Source of the DNA: a virus
Lineage: Duplodnaviria > Caudoviricetes
Length of the DNA: 64,000 bases
Reading direction: 5' to 3' (one strand)
Virus record (IMG/VR): IMGVR_UViG_3300005046_000005
Span: 1,745 to 65,744 of that record
Shown here: in pieces, positions 46,301 through 55,694 of the stretch
Layout: the number at the start of each line of letters is the position of its first letter
Numbering within the stretch: position 1 is the first letter of the stretch
Notes under the pieces: generated by a model
Told to the model about the DNA's origin: nothing
The model's database searches: none
The model's input: only the letters and a program-made list of their open reading frames with translations
Translations under genes and position numbers: made by a program

Positions 46301-47914
46301 TGCACCTTCGTTAAACTCACCTAGCATGACAGTGAACGCAGTCTTCATGGCATTTGCACCTTGTTCTAAGGTGAAGCCAAGTTTTTCATTCTCTGCGCTT
46401 AAACGAGCATATTCTTTGATTAACGCTTTAGAGATCACTTCAGTAGTTAATGCACCAGCTGATGACATTTCTTTCAGCTTTTCAGCAGCAATACCAGAAC
46501 CATCTGCAATCGCTTTCAGGAATCGCGGAGATGCTTCAGAGATAGCTCTAAATTCATCACCGTTCAGTTTACCTGAAGCCATAGCTTGAGAGAACTGTAA
46601 AGTCGCTGATGCAGCTTCTTGAGTTGTCGCACCACCGATACGCATAGACTTACCGAAGGCATCAACTACTGTAGTTACAGCCGCTGTGTTAGCACCAATC
46701 TTCTGCATTGAAGGAGCAAGACGGGCAAACAGGGTAGATGTTTCACGAAGGCCAACGTTGTTCGCCATAGAATACTGAGCAAGCTTTTCATTCACTCGCG
46801 CAAGTTCATTGGCATCGCTGATGTACAGTTTCATACGGTTTTGAATAGATGTGTATTCATCCGCAGTCTTAACAATGGCAACACCAAGGTTAACCATCGC
46901 TGTCATCACACCGTAGATCGCTGCTGACAGTAAAGCGTACTTGACAATCCCGCCTACTTGTGTATTCCAGAATGACATGTTCTTAGCAGCCGTTACAGAC
47001 TGATCTGACAGACCTTTCATTGCATTCTGAGCGTTAAGCAGAGCTGTTTTGTAATTGTCAAGTGTAGTCTTATCTGCCCCGCTAAGCTCCATTGTAGCAA
47101 GCTTAGTTGCATTGGTTGCTGAGAACCCTTGCTGTTTGTAGCTGGTTGATTTGTTTGTAAGATCAATAGCACGTTGTTGTTGTTTCAGACGCTGAGCTTC
47201 TACATCTTTAAGACTCTGAGCGTGAGCTAAAGTCTTTTGGTAATAGTCTTGGTCAGCTTTAAACTTCTTCTGACGGGCTGTTTCAGCATCCGCTGCAAGT
47301 TTAGCTTGAGCTTTCTGTGAAGCTGCTGCACTGGCACTTTGTAAGGCCATTTGCTTTTGATAATAATCTTGCTCTGCTTTAAGTTTCTTTTGACGAGCTG
47401 ATTCTGCCGCTTGAGCTGAACTCACTTCAGCATCTTTAGCAGCCTGCATACGCTTCTGGTAATCTTGCTGTTCACGCGAGAAAGCTTGCTGACGAAGTTT
47501 TTCAGTTGTTTCAATCTGCTTGCGTTGACTAGCCTGTAAATCTTCTACATCCTTCTTAGCTTGAATCAAGGCTTTATTTTGTGTAAGCATGTTCAAGAAC
47601 CGATTAAGATCCTCTACATTATCTGACACAAGGCTAAAGCTTGTCGCTAGGTTGGCTGTCTGCTTGTCCATCTGAGGAAGGAACTTTGTTAAAAGCTCTT
47701 GCTTCTTAAGCATCTTTTCAGACGCTGATAGAACAACCTTTTCAGATTCTTTTGCACTTCCCTGTATCTTCTTCTGGCCTGACTCAAAATCAGTACCTGC
47801 TTTCTTACCTTGGCTGCCGATCTTCTCAACTTTTGCAAGTAAAGTGTCAACTTCTTGGTTGGCTTCTTTCAAGCCCTCCGCTTGAATTAGAAACCCAATT
47901 TTTACTAAATCCAT
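43340..47914 (-). CDS. Tail tape measure protein, N-terminal ~1515 aa
   Basis: Tape_meas domain (QFSQAMASGKLNGDEFRAISEASP); long Ala/Lys/Gln-rich helical sequence. Confidence 0.92.
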   Translation of the reverse strand: MDLVKIGFLIQAEGLKEANQEVDTLLAKVEKIGSQGKKAGTDFESGQKKIQGSAKESEKVVLSASEKMLKKQELLTKFLPQMDKQTANLATSFSLVSDNVEDLNRFLNMLTQNKALIQAKKDVEDLQASQRKQIETTEKLRQQAFSREQQDYQKRMQAAKDAEVSSAQAAESARQKKLKAEQDYYQKQMALQSASAAASQKAQAKLAADAETARQKKFKADQDYYQKTLAHAQSLKDVEAQRLKQQQRAIDLTNKSTSYKQQGFSATNATKLATMELSGADKTTLDNYKTALLNAQNAMKGLSDQSVTAAKNMSFWNTQVGGIVKYALLSAAIYGVMTAMVNLGVAIVKTADEYTSIQNRMKLYISDANELARVNEKLAQYSMANNVGLRETSTLFARLAPSMQKIGANTAAVTTVVDAFGKSMRIGGATTQEAASATLQFSQAMASGKLNGDEFRAISEASPRFLKAIADGSGIAAEKLKEMSSAGALTTEVISKALIKEYARLSAENEKLGFTLEQGANAMKTAFTVMLGEFNEGAGITQFFGTQMMNLASGLMTAAGGAKEFGSSVKQWFTDNKDTIESAGKALEIFIYLVGGKLVAGYVVAAASAIQAARANITLTASQLGVSKSAATSIVMQQRLTTAYIQVGAAAQTAGNLAKTAFAFLGGWVGLIATVVSATAAYLFFNKANAATAESFRQEGESIQATIDKYKELSKVKQQSTLDSEVANLKELNAAYKDSKESLIANVLNLSRSNDMTSAQAKSMANLAMQYKQGNISVEQLVASVSKAGYVSEDSKVKTRSYAASVVEAGEKAGFSKDLIAKMRQEIAVSGEKAAFAKTGVDAFTKGLEDQAKKLRETTKLAKSYGLEIQSAAKLQAELTNRFGAKETALAAKKTYYEDMQAKAAGRGDSKTAANWKTAANSLQTAQNYLLQAKAKTAAELAKGFKELDAADKEQSDYTASLRKAEKDADKAGNTKQKNKKRYTDQVQELSKYISLLEQAENIDVARIASEKEYQNAFGTNLDQAKQLYELQRQASQIEARAEYMKSLAEETEAQERLVALMNLGLNINEARALVQAKFTDNAKGRAAAELQLTNEAYEQHYAMASQIKDQTAINTMLAQGYDLEAAIFRLKTSKVRGLSGKADDLDDLDAEYDKQVKLAQAAQVQADTLVKINALNREGGLLAAATANGYTNAALAAAELAGATQGMSLHLATSLMIKQDQVALDKELAQNAAGVLTYLEGESAVLRDIKNTYTTIKPEAAKALEIERKRLDIMKAYAEKKEAEKDTPFGDFSKVDFSVFGDFGNPFQTALEGLNEFVAGNTKLNESLGIIGSQMDALKAKAASPELFGNEEAVKKINAEVSALAAVEKDYLDQKANAQDKAWSQGLGLAKSFFKENSKGYKTIAILEQAMQAKKIAFMLWEKKDKIQTLALTLGGYVKEAIAFVTGATTKVAAQSAVNVAKGTEAILTQGSGDPYSAFGRMAAMAAIVAGLGIAISGSFGGSSGGTQSFENTGTRKCNRHPS

Positions 47915-47931
47915 AGTATCCTCTGTGTGAG

Positions 47932-48761
47932 TTATTTAGCTTTACTTGCTTTCTGCTGTTCTTTGCTGTAGTAGTCGAGTACGGTTCTATCCCATACACG
48001 AATCAATTCAAGCTCATAGGGTTCTGGTGTAATCTGTTCAAGGGAGAAGTACGCTTGCATCTCTTGATAGCTAATAGCAAAAAAACCTCCGAAACCACCT
48101 GATTGACGAGTGTTGTGTAAGCGTAGGAAATACGCCCACGCATACTGCGCTGCATTAGGGAGTGTTGGAGGTTCAATATCTTGAGTGTCTTGTATCTGTT
48201 TTTTCTGTTCTTCACCAAGTAAAGCAGCAAAGGGGTTAGCCTGAGCTGCTTCAACATGTTCTTTTACAGTTGCACCGTCTGATTGTCGTTGATTAGACTC
48301 AAACTGGTACTTGCAATATTCAATACAATCTTCAAGAATACTGCTTAGATGAAATTTGCAGCGATGTCAGCTTCATCTAGGACTTGTGAACGCACCCAGT
48401 CCAGTTCACGCATAATACGGTTAGCATTATCTTCGTTGAACTCTACAACTTTGCCGTCTTCTAGCAGGCCGCGCCAGCTAACAATACGGACAGCTGCTGA
48501 TGCCACTGCCATGTCTTCTGCATCTTCAAGGGAGAAGTCGTTTTCCTTCCCTTTACGTTTCGCTTGCTGCTCTTTAATTTGCAGCTGGTTGAATACTTTC
48601 TTACTGTACGCCTTCACCTTCGGTGATTGAGTTCCGCGCACGGTAATGAAGAAATCTGTAGGAGAACCGTCTGGAAGTTTCACTTCAAATTCGAAGCCTG
48701 CTTCCGCTTTTTCTGCCAAGTTAGTTTTTACAATGTCAAAGCCCATGATGTATTTCCTCAA
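47932..48761 (-). CDS. Tail assembly chaperone GT, -1 frameshift fusion missed by the ORF track
   Basis: Slippery A_AAT_TTC at 48351-48357. The -1 frame is open to TAA at 47932 and encodes ...DIEPPTLP..QYAW.YF..L...R.SGGFG....ISYQEMQAY...IRVWD. Confidence 0.85.
48345..48761 (-). CDS. Tail assembly chaperone G
   Basis: Between the tail tube and the tape measure. Confidence 0.85.
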   Translation of the reverse strand: MRKYIMGFDIVKTNLAEKAEAGFEFEVKLPDGSPTDFFITVRGTQSPKVKAYSKKVFNQLQIKEQQAKRKGKENDFSLEDAEDMAVASAAVRIVSWRGLLEDGKVVEFNEDNANRIMRELDWVRSQVLDEADIAANFI

Positions 48762-48828
48762 AAGAATAAATTAAAAAGTTGTAAGTAGAGGGGAGCTACC
48801 CCTCCTTTAAGCTGTCAGCTAGAGCCGC

Positions 48829-50037
48829 TTATACAGCAGCGCTATCTTGGAATTGGATTGTTGTTGCTTCGAAACCGTTTGCACCAGATCCTTTCAGAGC
48901 TTGGAATGAGTTCTGAGCTACCAGACCTTTTTCACCGTCATCTTTGGTATCTGTTGAAAGTTTGATACGCGGCAGAGTGATTGTCATGAAGTCTGCTGTT
49001 GGATCTGAGCTTGCAGTTACAGCACACACAAGAGCAATTTCTGATTCGTTGTTGAAGTAATCAGAGAATGTGCGGTCTTGGAACAGAGTAGAGAAGTCAC
49101 CATCTACTGTAATACGGCCTTCGTACAGTTCAGGTTTGATGTTGCTACCTACCACTGCTTCAGCTGTCATGTTACGGTTGATGTTAATGTTCAAGCCTGT
49201 CACAAGGGCAATCGGTTTACCTTCTACGATCAGCGCACCGTTTACAGCAGCGAATACACCAGTTGTGGCCTGTGCTGTTGGGTTTGTGAAGTAGCGGGTT
49301 GCACCAGTCTGTTTAAGATCCTGACCCATGAAACCAAAGTCTGCTGTTACAAGACCAGTGGCAGGAAGGGCAAGAGAAACAGTGTTCACTTTGCAGCCTG
49401 TGTAGACTTCAGATTGTGAAATGTCTGAGAACCAAGATTCGATTGAGTAAGAGTCATCTGTATGCGCAGTTGAAGGCGCGTAAGTTAGCTTACCACCGAA
49501 TGTGTATGTCCCTGCTGACGCTACAGTTTCAGTTGTCAGTGTAGTTCCGCTTAGAGGAAGCACTGTTGCTGCTGTTGCTGTTGTCGCAATGATCAGGAAG
49601 TTACGTCCGTTGTTTGCTGCGTTGAAGCCAGTTAAACGAATCACTGTACCAACCTTCGCCCCGTCTGTGATCCAAGAACCAGTTGTACGGGTGATGTTGT
49701 ATGTGCCTGTTACAGTACCGTTGGCGATAGTTGTAGAGCCTAGAGCAGCTGGTGTACCTGCTGTCCAGTTACGCGCTACAGCTGAAGCTAAGAAGCTTGA
49801 GTATGATCCGCTAGACAGTTCGCCTGAGATTGTTCCGTCTACTGCACGAACACCATGCCGGAAGTCAACAACTTGATAGTCTGTTCGAATTTCATCTGAC
49901 TGGTATGTATCTTTCGTTAAGTTAAAGTCTGCACTGACACGTCGAACCGCTTGAGCTGATGCTGCCGCAGGTAACGTACCAAATGTAACTTCTTTCTTAT
50001 ATGCAACCTGTTTAGCAATACCTGAAGCTGTTGGCAT
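48829..50037 (-). CDS. Major tail (tube) protein
   Basis: YKKEVTFG, SDEIR.D and RHGVR; position. Confidence 0.85.
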   Translation of the reverse strand: MPTASGIAKQVAYKKEVTFGTLPAAASAQAVRRVSADFNLTKDTYQSDEIRTDYQVVDFRHGVRAVDGTISGELSSGSYSSFLASAVARNWTAGTPAALGSTTIANGTVTGTYNITRTTGSWITDGAKVGTVIRLTGFNAANNGRNFLIIATTATAATVLPLSGTTLTTETVASAGTYTFGGKLTYAPSTAHTDDSYSIESWFSDISQSEVYTGCKVNTVSLALPATGLVTADFGFMGQDLKQTGATRYFTNPTAQATTGVFAAVNGALIVEGKPIALVTGLNININRNMTAEAVVGSNIKPELYEGRITVDGDFSTLFQDRTFSDYFNNESEIALVCAVTASSDPTADFMTITLPRIKLSTDTKDDGEKGLVAQNSFQALKGSGANGFEATTIQFQDSAAV

Positions 50038-50084
50038 TATGTATTTTCTCCAATAGGATATTAGTTGTTAATTACGAACATTGA

Positions 50085-50501
50085 TTAAAACTGGTTAGCA
50101 AAATATCTAACGCGGATAGTAATCTCTGCTCTTGTATCGTTTATGTAGACGGGAGATGTTTCTGGGGTTCTGTCTACGATGACCCGATCTGTGCCTTCAT
50201 CAAGCGTTGTCCCTCTCTTGAAATAGGCTTTAACCTTGTCTGCCATTACTGCGAGATCCCCTACACCTAACCCTTTCGGATAAGATAAAACGACTTGGTA
50301 AAAACCAACTTCGCGGTGATAGTTGTCACCTAGAGTGGGGTTCTCAACTGGCAACGGAACAAGCCGAGAGAGTTGATAAGGCTGATTAGCTGATGGGGTA
50401 AAGGAGACGTTTTCATAAGCTGTTTTAGAAGAACCTAAGCCTTCTGGCATGGCAACTAAGCGCTTCTCAAAAGCCTTCCTGATGTTACTTTGCATACACA
50501 C
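50085..50501 (-). CDS. Tail terminator (DUF4128-like)
   Basis: AYENVSFTP, G.YQV...YPKG.G and YFKRG. Confidence 0.7.
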   Translation of the reverse strand: MCMQSNIRKAFEKRLVAMPEGLGSSKTAYENVSFTPSANQPYQLSRLVPLPVENPTLGDNYHREVGFYQVVLSYPKGLGVGDLAVMADKVKAYFKRGTTLDEGTDRVIVDRTPETSPVYINDTRAEITIRVRYFANQF

Positions 50502-50504
50502 CTA

Positions 50505-50978
50505 TCATAGTTGGCTGACCTTCAATGCTGTCAGTTCTAAAATTGCTTGGGCTATTCCAATATTGTTTCTGACTACGTGATAACCATCTTTGGCTTTCCA
50601 TCCGTAGACAGGGTTATCCGCCCAACCTTCTTCAACCATCGGTGCATGAGGAATACTGTTTGTGACGTAAGCTGCGCCTTGGAAGTTATACTGCTTGCTC
50701 TTAACAATTGCATCCGCTACAGCGCCTGCGCCTGACGTATCAGCAGCTCTTACTGTAGGGTTTGGAGTCCCATAGCCGACTGACCATGAGTTCTTGTAAT
50801 CCCCTGCATCATTCTGAATCTCGCCTTGCTTAGAGGTATAGAACTCAGCACCAACTGGACTGTTATCTACCAGCGTAGTCGCTACCTTTAAGGCCGACTC
50901 ACCGATAAGCATTTTGCTCTTTTGTTGCAGCTTTTCCCGCAACTGCTTGATGCCTGCTGCACCGCTGTAAACTGCCAT
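50505..50978 (-). CDS. HK97 gp10-like neck/tail-completion protein
   Basis: SPV...G.YKNSW and TNSIPHA..VEEG. Confidence 0.7.
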   Translation of the reverse strand: MAVYSGAAGIKQLREKLQQKSKMLIGESALKVATTLVDNSPVGAEFYTSKQGEIQNDAGDYKNSWSVGYGTPNPTVRAADTSGAGAVADAIVKSKQYNFQGAAYVTNSIPHAPMVEEGWADNPVYGWKAKDGYHVVRNNIGIAQAILELTALKVSQL

Positions 50979-50993
50979 AGTGCCTCGTTATGT

Positions 50994-51371
50994 TTAAGCC
51001 TTGCTACAGATCAAACGCCAAGATGCAATGTCTTCACCAGCCCAGTTTTCCTTGATCACTTCAATCATGAAGGTTTCGTCAGAGTCCAAATATGTTTCAG
51101 TGATTGTGTCTCCGACTCTAGGCCGAAAGGGTAAGGACTTGGCTGCGATTAGCATGACTGCTGTTTCCTTGTTGACCAAGTTTGGGGATTTAGTTTCCCG
51201 TTCTTTTGGATCAGTTTTGAAAACCTTGACATCATATAATTCTTCGTTATACGTTTTGACCTGATCGTTTGGATCGTAATCTTCACCTACGATTCTGCGA
51301 TAAGTTCTTGTTGCTCCGAAGTGTCTGATCAGACGTAGTGTGCTGTCTTGAAATCTTTTAGTAAGTGCCAT
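50994..51371 (-). CDS. Head-closure / stopper protein
   Basis: Position and size. Confidence 0.6.
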   Translation of the reverse strand: MALTKRFQDSTLRLIRHFGATRTYRRIVGEDYDPNDQVKTYNEELYDVKVFKTDPKERETKSPNLVNKETAVMLIAAKSLPFRPRVGDTITETYLDSDETFMIEVIKENWAGEDIASWRLICSKA

Positions 51372-51383
51372 AAAACCTCTTAA

Positions 51384-51854
51384 TTAGAAAAGGCTTTCAC
51401 TGTAGAAAGGAGCGTTCGCATTGAACACATCTTGACGAGTGTTTGGACTGTTAATGGCATCACCGTCTTTCGGAATACCAATGTCAACTTGCACTGTAAG
51501 ATTGTCAGAGTTCTCTACGTTTGCACGGATGTCTGAAATGCTGATGCCGCCTGCATACGCTTTGGCTTGCTCGATACCGATGCTGTAGTTAGGATCATTC
51601 AAGTAGAGCTTCAAGGCTTTCATGTAGTTTTCAAACCACGTATGACCCCAAATCTCCAGTTCTGTTCCTGACCGTTCATGTACGCGAGAAGACAAGATAA
51701 ACAGTAAAGTTTTGGCTGCATCTACAGCAGACTTTCTTAAGTTCATCTTGTTCTTTTCAAGGAAGTGTTCAAGCTCAGCTTCAGTCAGAAGCTCATCGTC
51801 AATGGCATTTAAGCCCAGCTCTAAGCGTAGTTGTTCGATTAAAGTTAGTGCCAT
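51384..51854 (-). CDS. Head-tail adaptor protein
   Basis: Position; helical; LRLELG...D.LL..EL. Confidence 0.6.
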   Translation of the reverse strand: MALTLIEQLRLELGLNAIDDELLTEAELEHFLEKNKMNLRKSAVDAAKTLLFILSSRVHERSGTELEIWGHTWFENYMKALKLYLNDPNYSIGIEQAKAYAGGISISDIRANVENSDNLTVQVDIGIPKDGDAINSPNTRQDVFNANAPFYSESLF

Positions 51855-51863
51855 AAATCCCTC

Positions 51864-52208
51864 TTAGAATCGCCCTGCTGCGGTGATGTATTTTGTACCT
51901 GAGATGTTGAAGATACAGAGCAAGTTTTTAGCAGATGCATCCAGCATGAAACTTTGTTCAGTCTTGAATGCTGTCGTATCTACGCTAAAGCCCTTGGTAT
52001 CTAACATGACCGTGATTGATTGGCCTGAAAACAAGTTAGCTGTTAAAGTGGCATTCGCTGCCAGCGTCACAACTTGGATACCGCCATTGGCACGATCAAG
52101 CGCAGGGTTTGCTGTGTTGTAAACTGTTTCTGCATTGGGAACTTGGATACCAAATTCTTCAATGTAGAGTTCAATGTGTTCACCATCAATAACTGTAATA
52201 TCTGCCAT
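51864..52208 (-). CDS. Small virion structural protein
   Basis: Position; beta-rich. Confidence 0.55.
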   Translation of the reverse strand: MADITVIDGEHIELYIEEFGIQVPNAETVYNTANPALDRANGGIQVVTLAANATLTANLFSGQSITVMLDTKGFSVDTTAFKTEQSFMLDASAKNLLCIFNISGTKYITAAGRF

Positions 52209-52210
52209 TC

Positions 52211-52612
52211 TTAGTTATCCTTTGTCACTTCGCGGAACACTTTCACATTACCGTAAAGTAAAGGTTGAACGTATCCAGTTGCTGATTCCATTTCCATGTC
52301 CCAGACATATTGACTTGCTGGTGCATCTTCTGATGTTGCATCCGCTTGCAATGCTGCTGTAGCGGTAGCAGTGAACCAGAAAGACAGAACACCGTTTGTA
52401 GCGTCAATGATGGCAAATGAAGCTGCTGCGCCTTCTTGCAAGGTACTTGCAGCAGTCTTCCGAATCTGGCCTCGAACTGTGTAACCGCTTAAATTGACAG
52501 GTTGCTGTGTTAGTGAGTTTTTAACCGTCATGGTAATCTCACCAAACGTAGCGCCTTGGCGAATTAAAAGGTCAAGCTGAGCGCCTTTAGTTCCTATAAT
52601 TGGTGCAGCCAT
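52211..52612 (-). CDS. BppU-N-like structural protein
   Basis: IRQGATF, NLSGY..RGQIR and YVWD.E motifs. Confidence 0.65.
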   Translation of the reverse strand: MAAPIIGTKGAQLDLLIRQGATFGEITMTVKNSLTQQPVNLSGYTVRGQIRKTAASTLQEGAAASFAIIDATNGVLSFWFTATATAALQADATSEDAPASQYVWDMEMESATGYVQPLLYGNVKVFREVTKDN

Positions 52613-52700
52613 ATTTAACCTTCTTTGCTTATTAATATTAAGAATAAGGTGAACTAGATTGCTCTAATTCACCCGATCTTAATACTGACCTTACTGTCTA

Positions 52701-53735
52701 TTAAACAGTAGCGTTCTTAGTAGCACGAACGATTGCAGCTGGGCGGTGAACCAAGTGCAGCGCGTTGTGTTCTGATTCCACTTCTACGCGAGAGCCTTTA
52801 GGATCACGGTAAGTGAACATGTAGGCTTCTTCACCAAGAGTGTTAACAAGGTCAAGCTTGTTAGCTGGTGAGTAGTAAGAGATGAAGGTGTCTTCTGTAC
52901 CTAGTGGTAGGTAGTAAGCATCACCAGCTGGGATCAGACGTTGAGAAACGCCATTCGCATCTTTGTACGAACCGATGTAACGGTACAGAGTCACGTCACC
53001 ATGAGTGAATGAAGCATAGCGTCCGAAACGCAGGCCATTACGCAGAGGTTCTTGAGTCGAGCTGTAGAACTTGTACGCTTCTTTCACGCCAGCTTGTGCA
53101 ATGTAAGCGTCGAAGTATTCTGGAGAAGCAAGGGCGATAAAGCTGCTTGGAACTTCACCTGAACCTAAGTTTTCCTGAATTGAGTCGATCACTTCGCGCT
53201 GCTTAGCTAACACATCTGTCGCTGCGTTGGCAAGGTCGAATGCAACTTCTTTACGAGTTACACCAAAGTCAGTGTAGTAGTTGCCTGCCACTGTGCCGTT
53301 TGGTGCATAAATTGTACCTGTTGTAAGGGCTTTACAACGAGCAAATTCAACTGTGATCGCGTGGCTCTTGCGGATCTTTTCGATCTTACGCATCATCACC
53401 GCAGCTTCTGTTTCAGCAGCGTCTGAACCGTAAGCACGTTTACCTTGAAGGTCTTGTGGGCTTAGGTAGTCGTCAACTGGGAAGTGAGGGATTGGGAAAG
53501 AACGCAGGTTACGAGAACCATCTGAGCTTACGTTGTTGCGTTCACCACGTACACGGTCAGGGATCAGTGTAAGAGTTTTTGAGTTCCCTTCCACTGTGAT
53601 CTGGTGCTGCGTAACTGGCTCGTTACGGAAAATGCCAAGATCGTTAATAAGGCCGTATGTGTTTGGGACTAAAAGAAGTTCTTCTGTTAAGTCTGTAAGT
53701 TCAAACGGTTTATCGTATGAGCGAGTAATTGCCAT
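52701..53735 (-). CDS. Major capsid protein (lambda E-like)
   Basis: Phage_cap_E-like pattern; position after the decoration protein. Confidence 0.88.
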   Translation of the reverse strand: MAITRSYDKPFELTDLTEELLLVPNTYGLINDLGIFRNEPVTQHQITVEGNSKTLTLIPDRVRGERNNVSSDGSRNLRSFPIPHFPVDDYLSPQDLQGKRAYGSDAAETEAAVMMRKIEKIRKSHAITVEFARCKALTTGTIYAPNGTVAGNYYTDFGVTRKEVAFDLANAATDVLAKQREVIDSIQENLGSGEVPSSFIALASPEYFDAYIAQAGVKEAYKFYSSTQEPLRNGLRFGRYASFTHGDVTLYRYIGSYKDANGVSQRLIPAGDAYYLPLGTEDTFISYYSPANKLDLVNTLGEEAYMFTYRDPKGSRVEVESEHNALHLVHRPAAIVRATKNATV

Positions 53736-53770
53736 ATTTAAATATTCTCCAAAGAATTATTATTAGATGA

Positions 53771-54163
53771 TTAAACGGTTTCGTTGACCAAGATACCTTT
53801 AGCTTCAAGGGCATCATAGATCGCTACTTTCTTCGGATCAGTGTCAACAGAAGCGTCTAACACTAAAGCACCTTTAGAGACAATAGCTTGACCACGCACC
53901 ATCACAAGGACTTTCGCGCCAGCTGCTACAGTGAAGTCTTGCAGAACAATAGCTGCTGCTGCTTTTGAACCGTCAGCTGCTGAATCTTTAGCTACAACGT
54001 ATTTGCCTGTGGCTGTAACTTTCCCAAGAACTGTACCTACTTTGTAGACAGTCCCGACTGTATCGCCTGAGTCAACAGCTGAACGGCAGTAGCCAATTGA
54101 AGGTTTGTATTCGTGTTTTACAAGGTGTGAAAAACGTGGTGTATCGGTTGCGATTAATGGCAT
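53771..54163 (-). CDS. Head decoration protein
   Basis: GTVLGKVTATGKY...A.DGS..AAAI. Confidence 0.8.
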   Translation of the reverse strand: MPLIATDTPRFSHLVKHEYKPSIGYCRSAVDSGDTVGTVYKVGTVLGKVTATGKYVVAKDSAADGSKAAAAIVLQDFTVAAGAKVLVMVRGQAIVSKGALVLDASVDTDPKKVAIYDALEAKGILVNETV

Positions 54164-54178
54164 AGAGGATTCTCCAAA

Positions 54179-55129
54179 TTATTTGTTATATTTGTTTTCT
54201 AGCTGGGCGCGTAGAGCTGACTTCTGAACTTTTTCACCTTCAGCTGGAGAGCCAGTTTCAGTGAACAATGCAGAGTCATCTGCTTTAGCTGCTAGAGCTT
54301 TTACAACTTCAATAACAGCTTGGAAGTTATCGTCTGATAATTCGCCAACCGCTTTGAACAGCTTTTCAGCTTCTTCTTGCACTTCAACAGCTGCAAGGAC
54401 TGTGTCTTGACGTGCTTTAGCAACACGTTCTTGTTCCGCTTTTTTAAACACTGCAAGAGCATCATTGGCCTTTTGCAACTCAACTTTCTGAGTGTCAAAA
54501 GCTTTCTGAACTTCGTCATACTGCGCTTTAGCGATTAATTCAGGCTGAGCTGAATCTGGCATCGGTGTATCCTCTGTGTGAATGGCTGTAGTAGCCTTAC
54601 TAACAATTGCCTGAGAAGCTGGTTCAGAACCTTCCTCAGTTTTCGTAACTGGCTTTTTACCGCCATCTTGCGCTTTAGGAGTTAAAGCTTTTTCAAACCG
54701 TTCTTGCGCTTTCAGGATGCTTAGATAGTCATCTTCTGGAAGGCCAGATAAGTATTCGATTTTATTTGGTGCTGCATGAGCAGACTTTAAGATTTCAAAC
54801 TTTTCAACTTGTTCTTCAACATAAGATTGGTAGTAAGAGTCTTCCGAGTCTTCTTCATCTTGCATTCCCAGCAGAGTAGCTAGGACTTTTGCATCTGAGT
54901 ACCACATGTCAAAGAACTTACGAAGAAATTCTTCAAAGGATAATGTGACCTTAACCTGAGCAGCTTTCTGAAGAAACTCTGGAGTGTATTTTCCAGTTGC
55001 TTTCATAACCAGTGTGCTGTAACCGTTCGCTGCACCACCTTGATCTTTATGCACTAAAGCAAGATGAGAACCTTCTTCTGAGAAGTCAAAGTTCTTTAAG
55101 CGGCGGGTTGCTTTACGTTGTTCTGTCAT
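54179..55129 (-). CDS. Scaffold protein
   Basis: SHLALV..QGGAANG N-terminus; coiled-coil C-terminus. Confidence 0.7.
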   Translation of the reverse strand: MTEQRKATRRLKNFDFSEEGSHLALVHKDQGGAANGYSTLVMKATGKYTPEFLQKAAQVKVTLSFEEFLRKFFDMWYSDAKVLATLLGMQDEEDSEDSYYQSYVEEQVEKFEILKSAHAAPNKIEYLSGLPEDDYLSILKAQERFEKALTPKAQDGGKKPVTKTEEGSEPASQAIVSKATTAIHTEDTPMPDSAQPELIAKAQYDEVQKAFDTQKVELQKANDALAVFKKAEQERVAKARQDTVLAAVEVQEEAEKLFKAVGELSDDNFQAVIEVVKALAAKADDSALFTETGSPAEGEKVQKSALRAQLENKYNK

Positions 55130-55542
55130 TCTGTTTCCTCGTCTAAGATTTCCACCTGAGCATAACCACCAATGGAAATACCTGTTAAATTCCCTTTCTT
55201 AACTTCTTCCCAGATTTCGTCATCATAGAACTGAGTAACTACGAGCCAAGAGCCTGCTTTAAGAACCTGTTCGCCTAGCTGCATCTCAACGGGTGAAATG
55301 TAACTTTCGGCAATACTAAAGGTGTCCGTTTCAACAAGATGAAGCAGATTGGCTGTCATAGAATGACTGTTGAAATTGTGGCAAGCTTTTCTGACTTCAT
55401 CGGCAGAATAGATGTCGCCGTGAAGATCAACTTCTTCAGGGGAAAGAACAAGGAATGTGGCTTGTTTCAATTCTTCGTTAACTGATTTAGCGACTCGAAT
55501 TGATTGGATTGTTTGGGGGGTTTTGTTTGAAGATGTGTCCAA
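55126..55542 (-). CDS. XkdF-like prohead protease (TTG start)
   Basis: PEEVDLHGDIYS, H, ESY, GSW and GISIGG. Confidence 0.8.
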   Translation of the reverse strand: MDTSSNKTPQTIQSIRVAKSVNEELKQATFLVLSPEEVDLHGDIYSADEVRKACHNFNSHSMTANLLHLVETDTFSIAESYISPVEMQLGEQVLKAGSWLVVTQFYDDEIWEEVKKGNLTGISIGGYAQVEILDEETE

Positions 55543-55591
55543 GTTAAATTACCTATCTAACGGTTAGATAAGTGACTTGGTAATGACTTTA

Positions 55592-55619
55592 TTATAGCAC
55601 CAAATTTCAATATGTCAAC
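55592..55619 (-). promoter_or_regulatory. Consensus sigma70 promoter TTGACA-16-(TG)TATAAT for the head operon
   Basis: Direct reading. Confidence 0.75.
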
Positions 55620-55694
55620 TTATTTTTATCGAAATACTGAAAATAAATAACCTAAAGTTATACGTTAGTTCACTTATTAACCTAATTTATGATT

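Noticed and set aside
48003-48257. 84-aa ORF as an independent gene
   Set aside because: Wrong frame; the conserved chaperone sequence is in the -1 frameshift frame ending at 47932.
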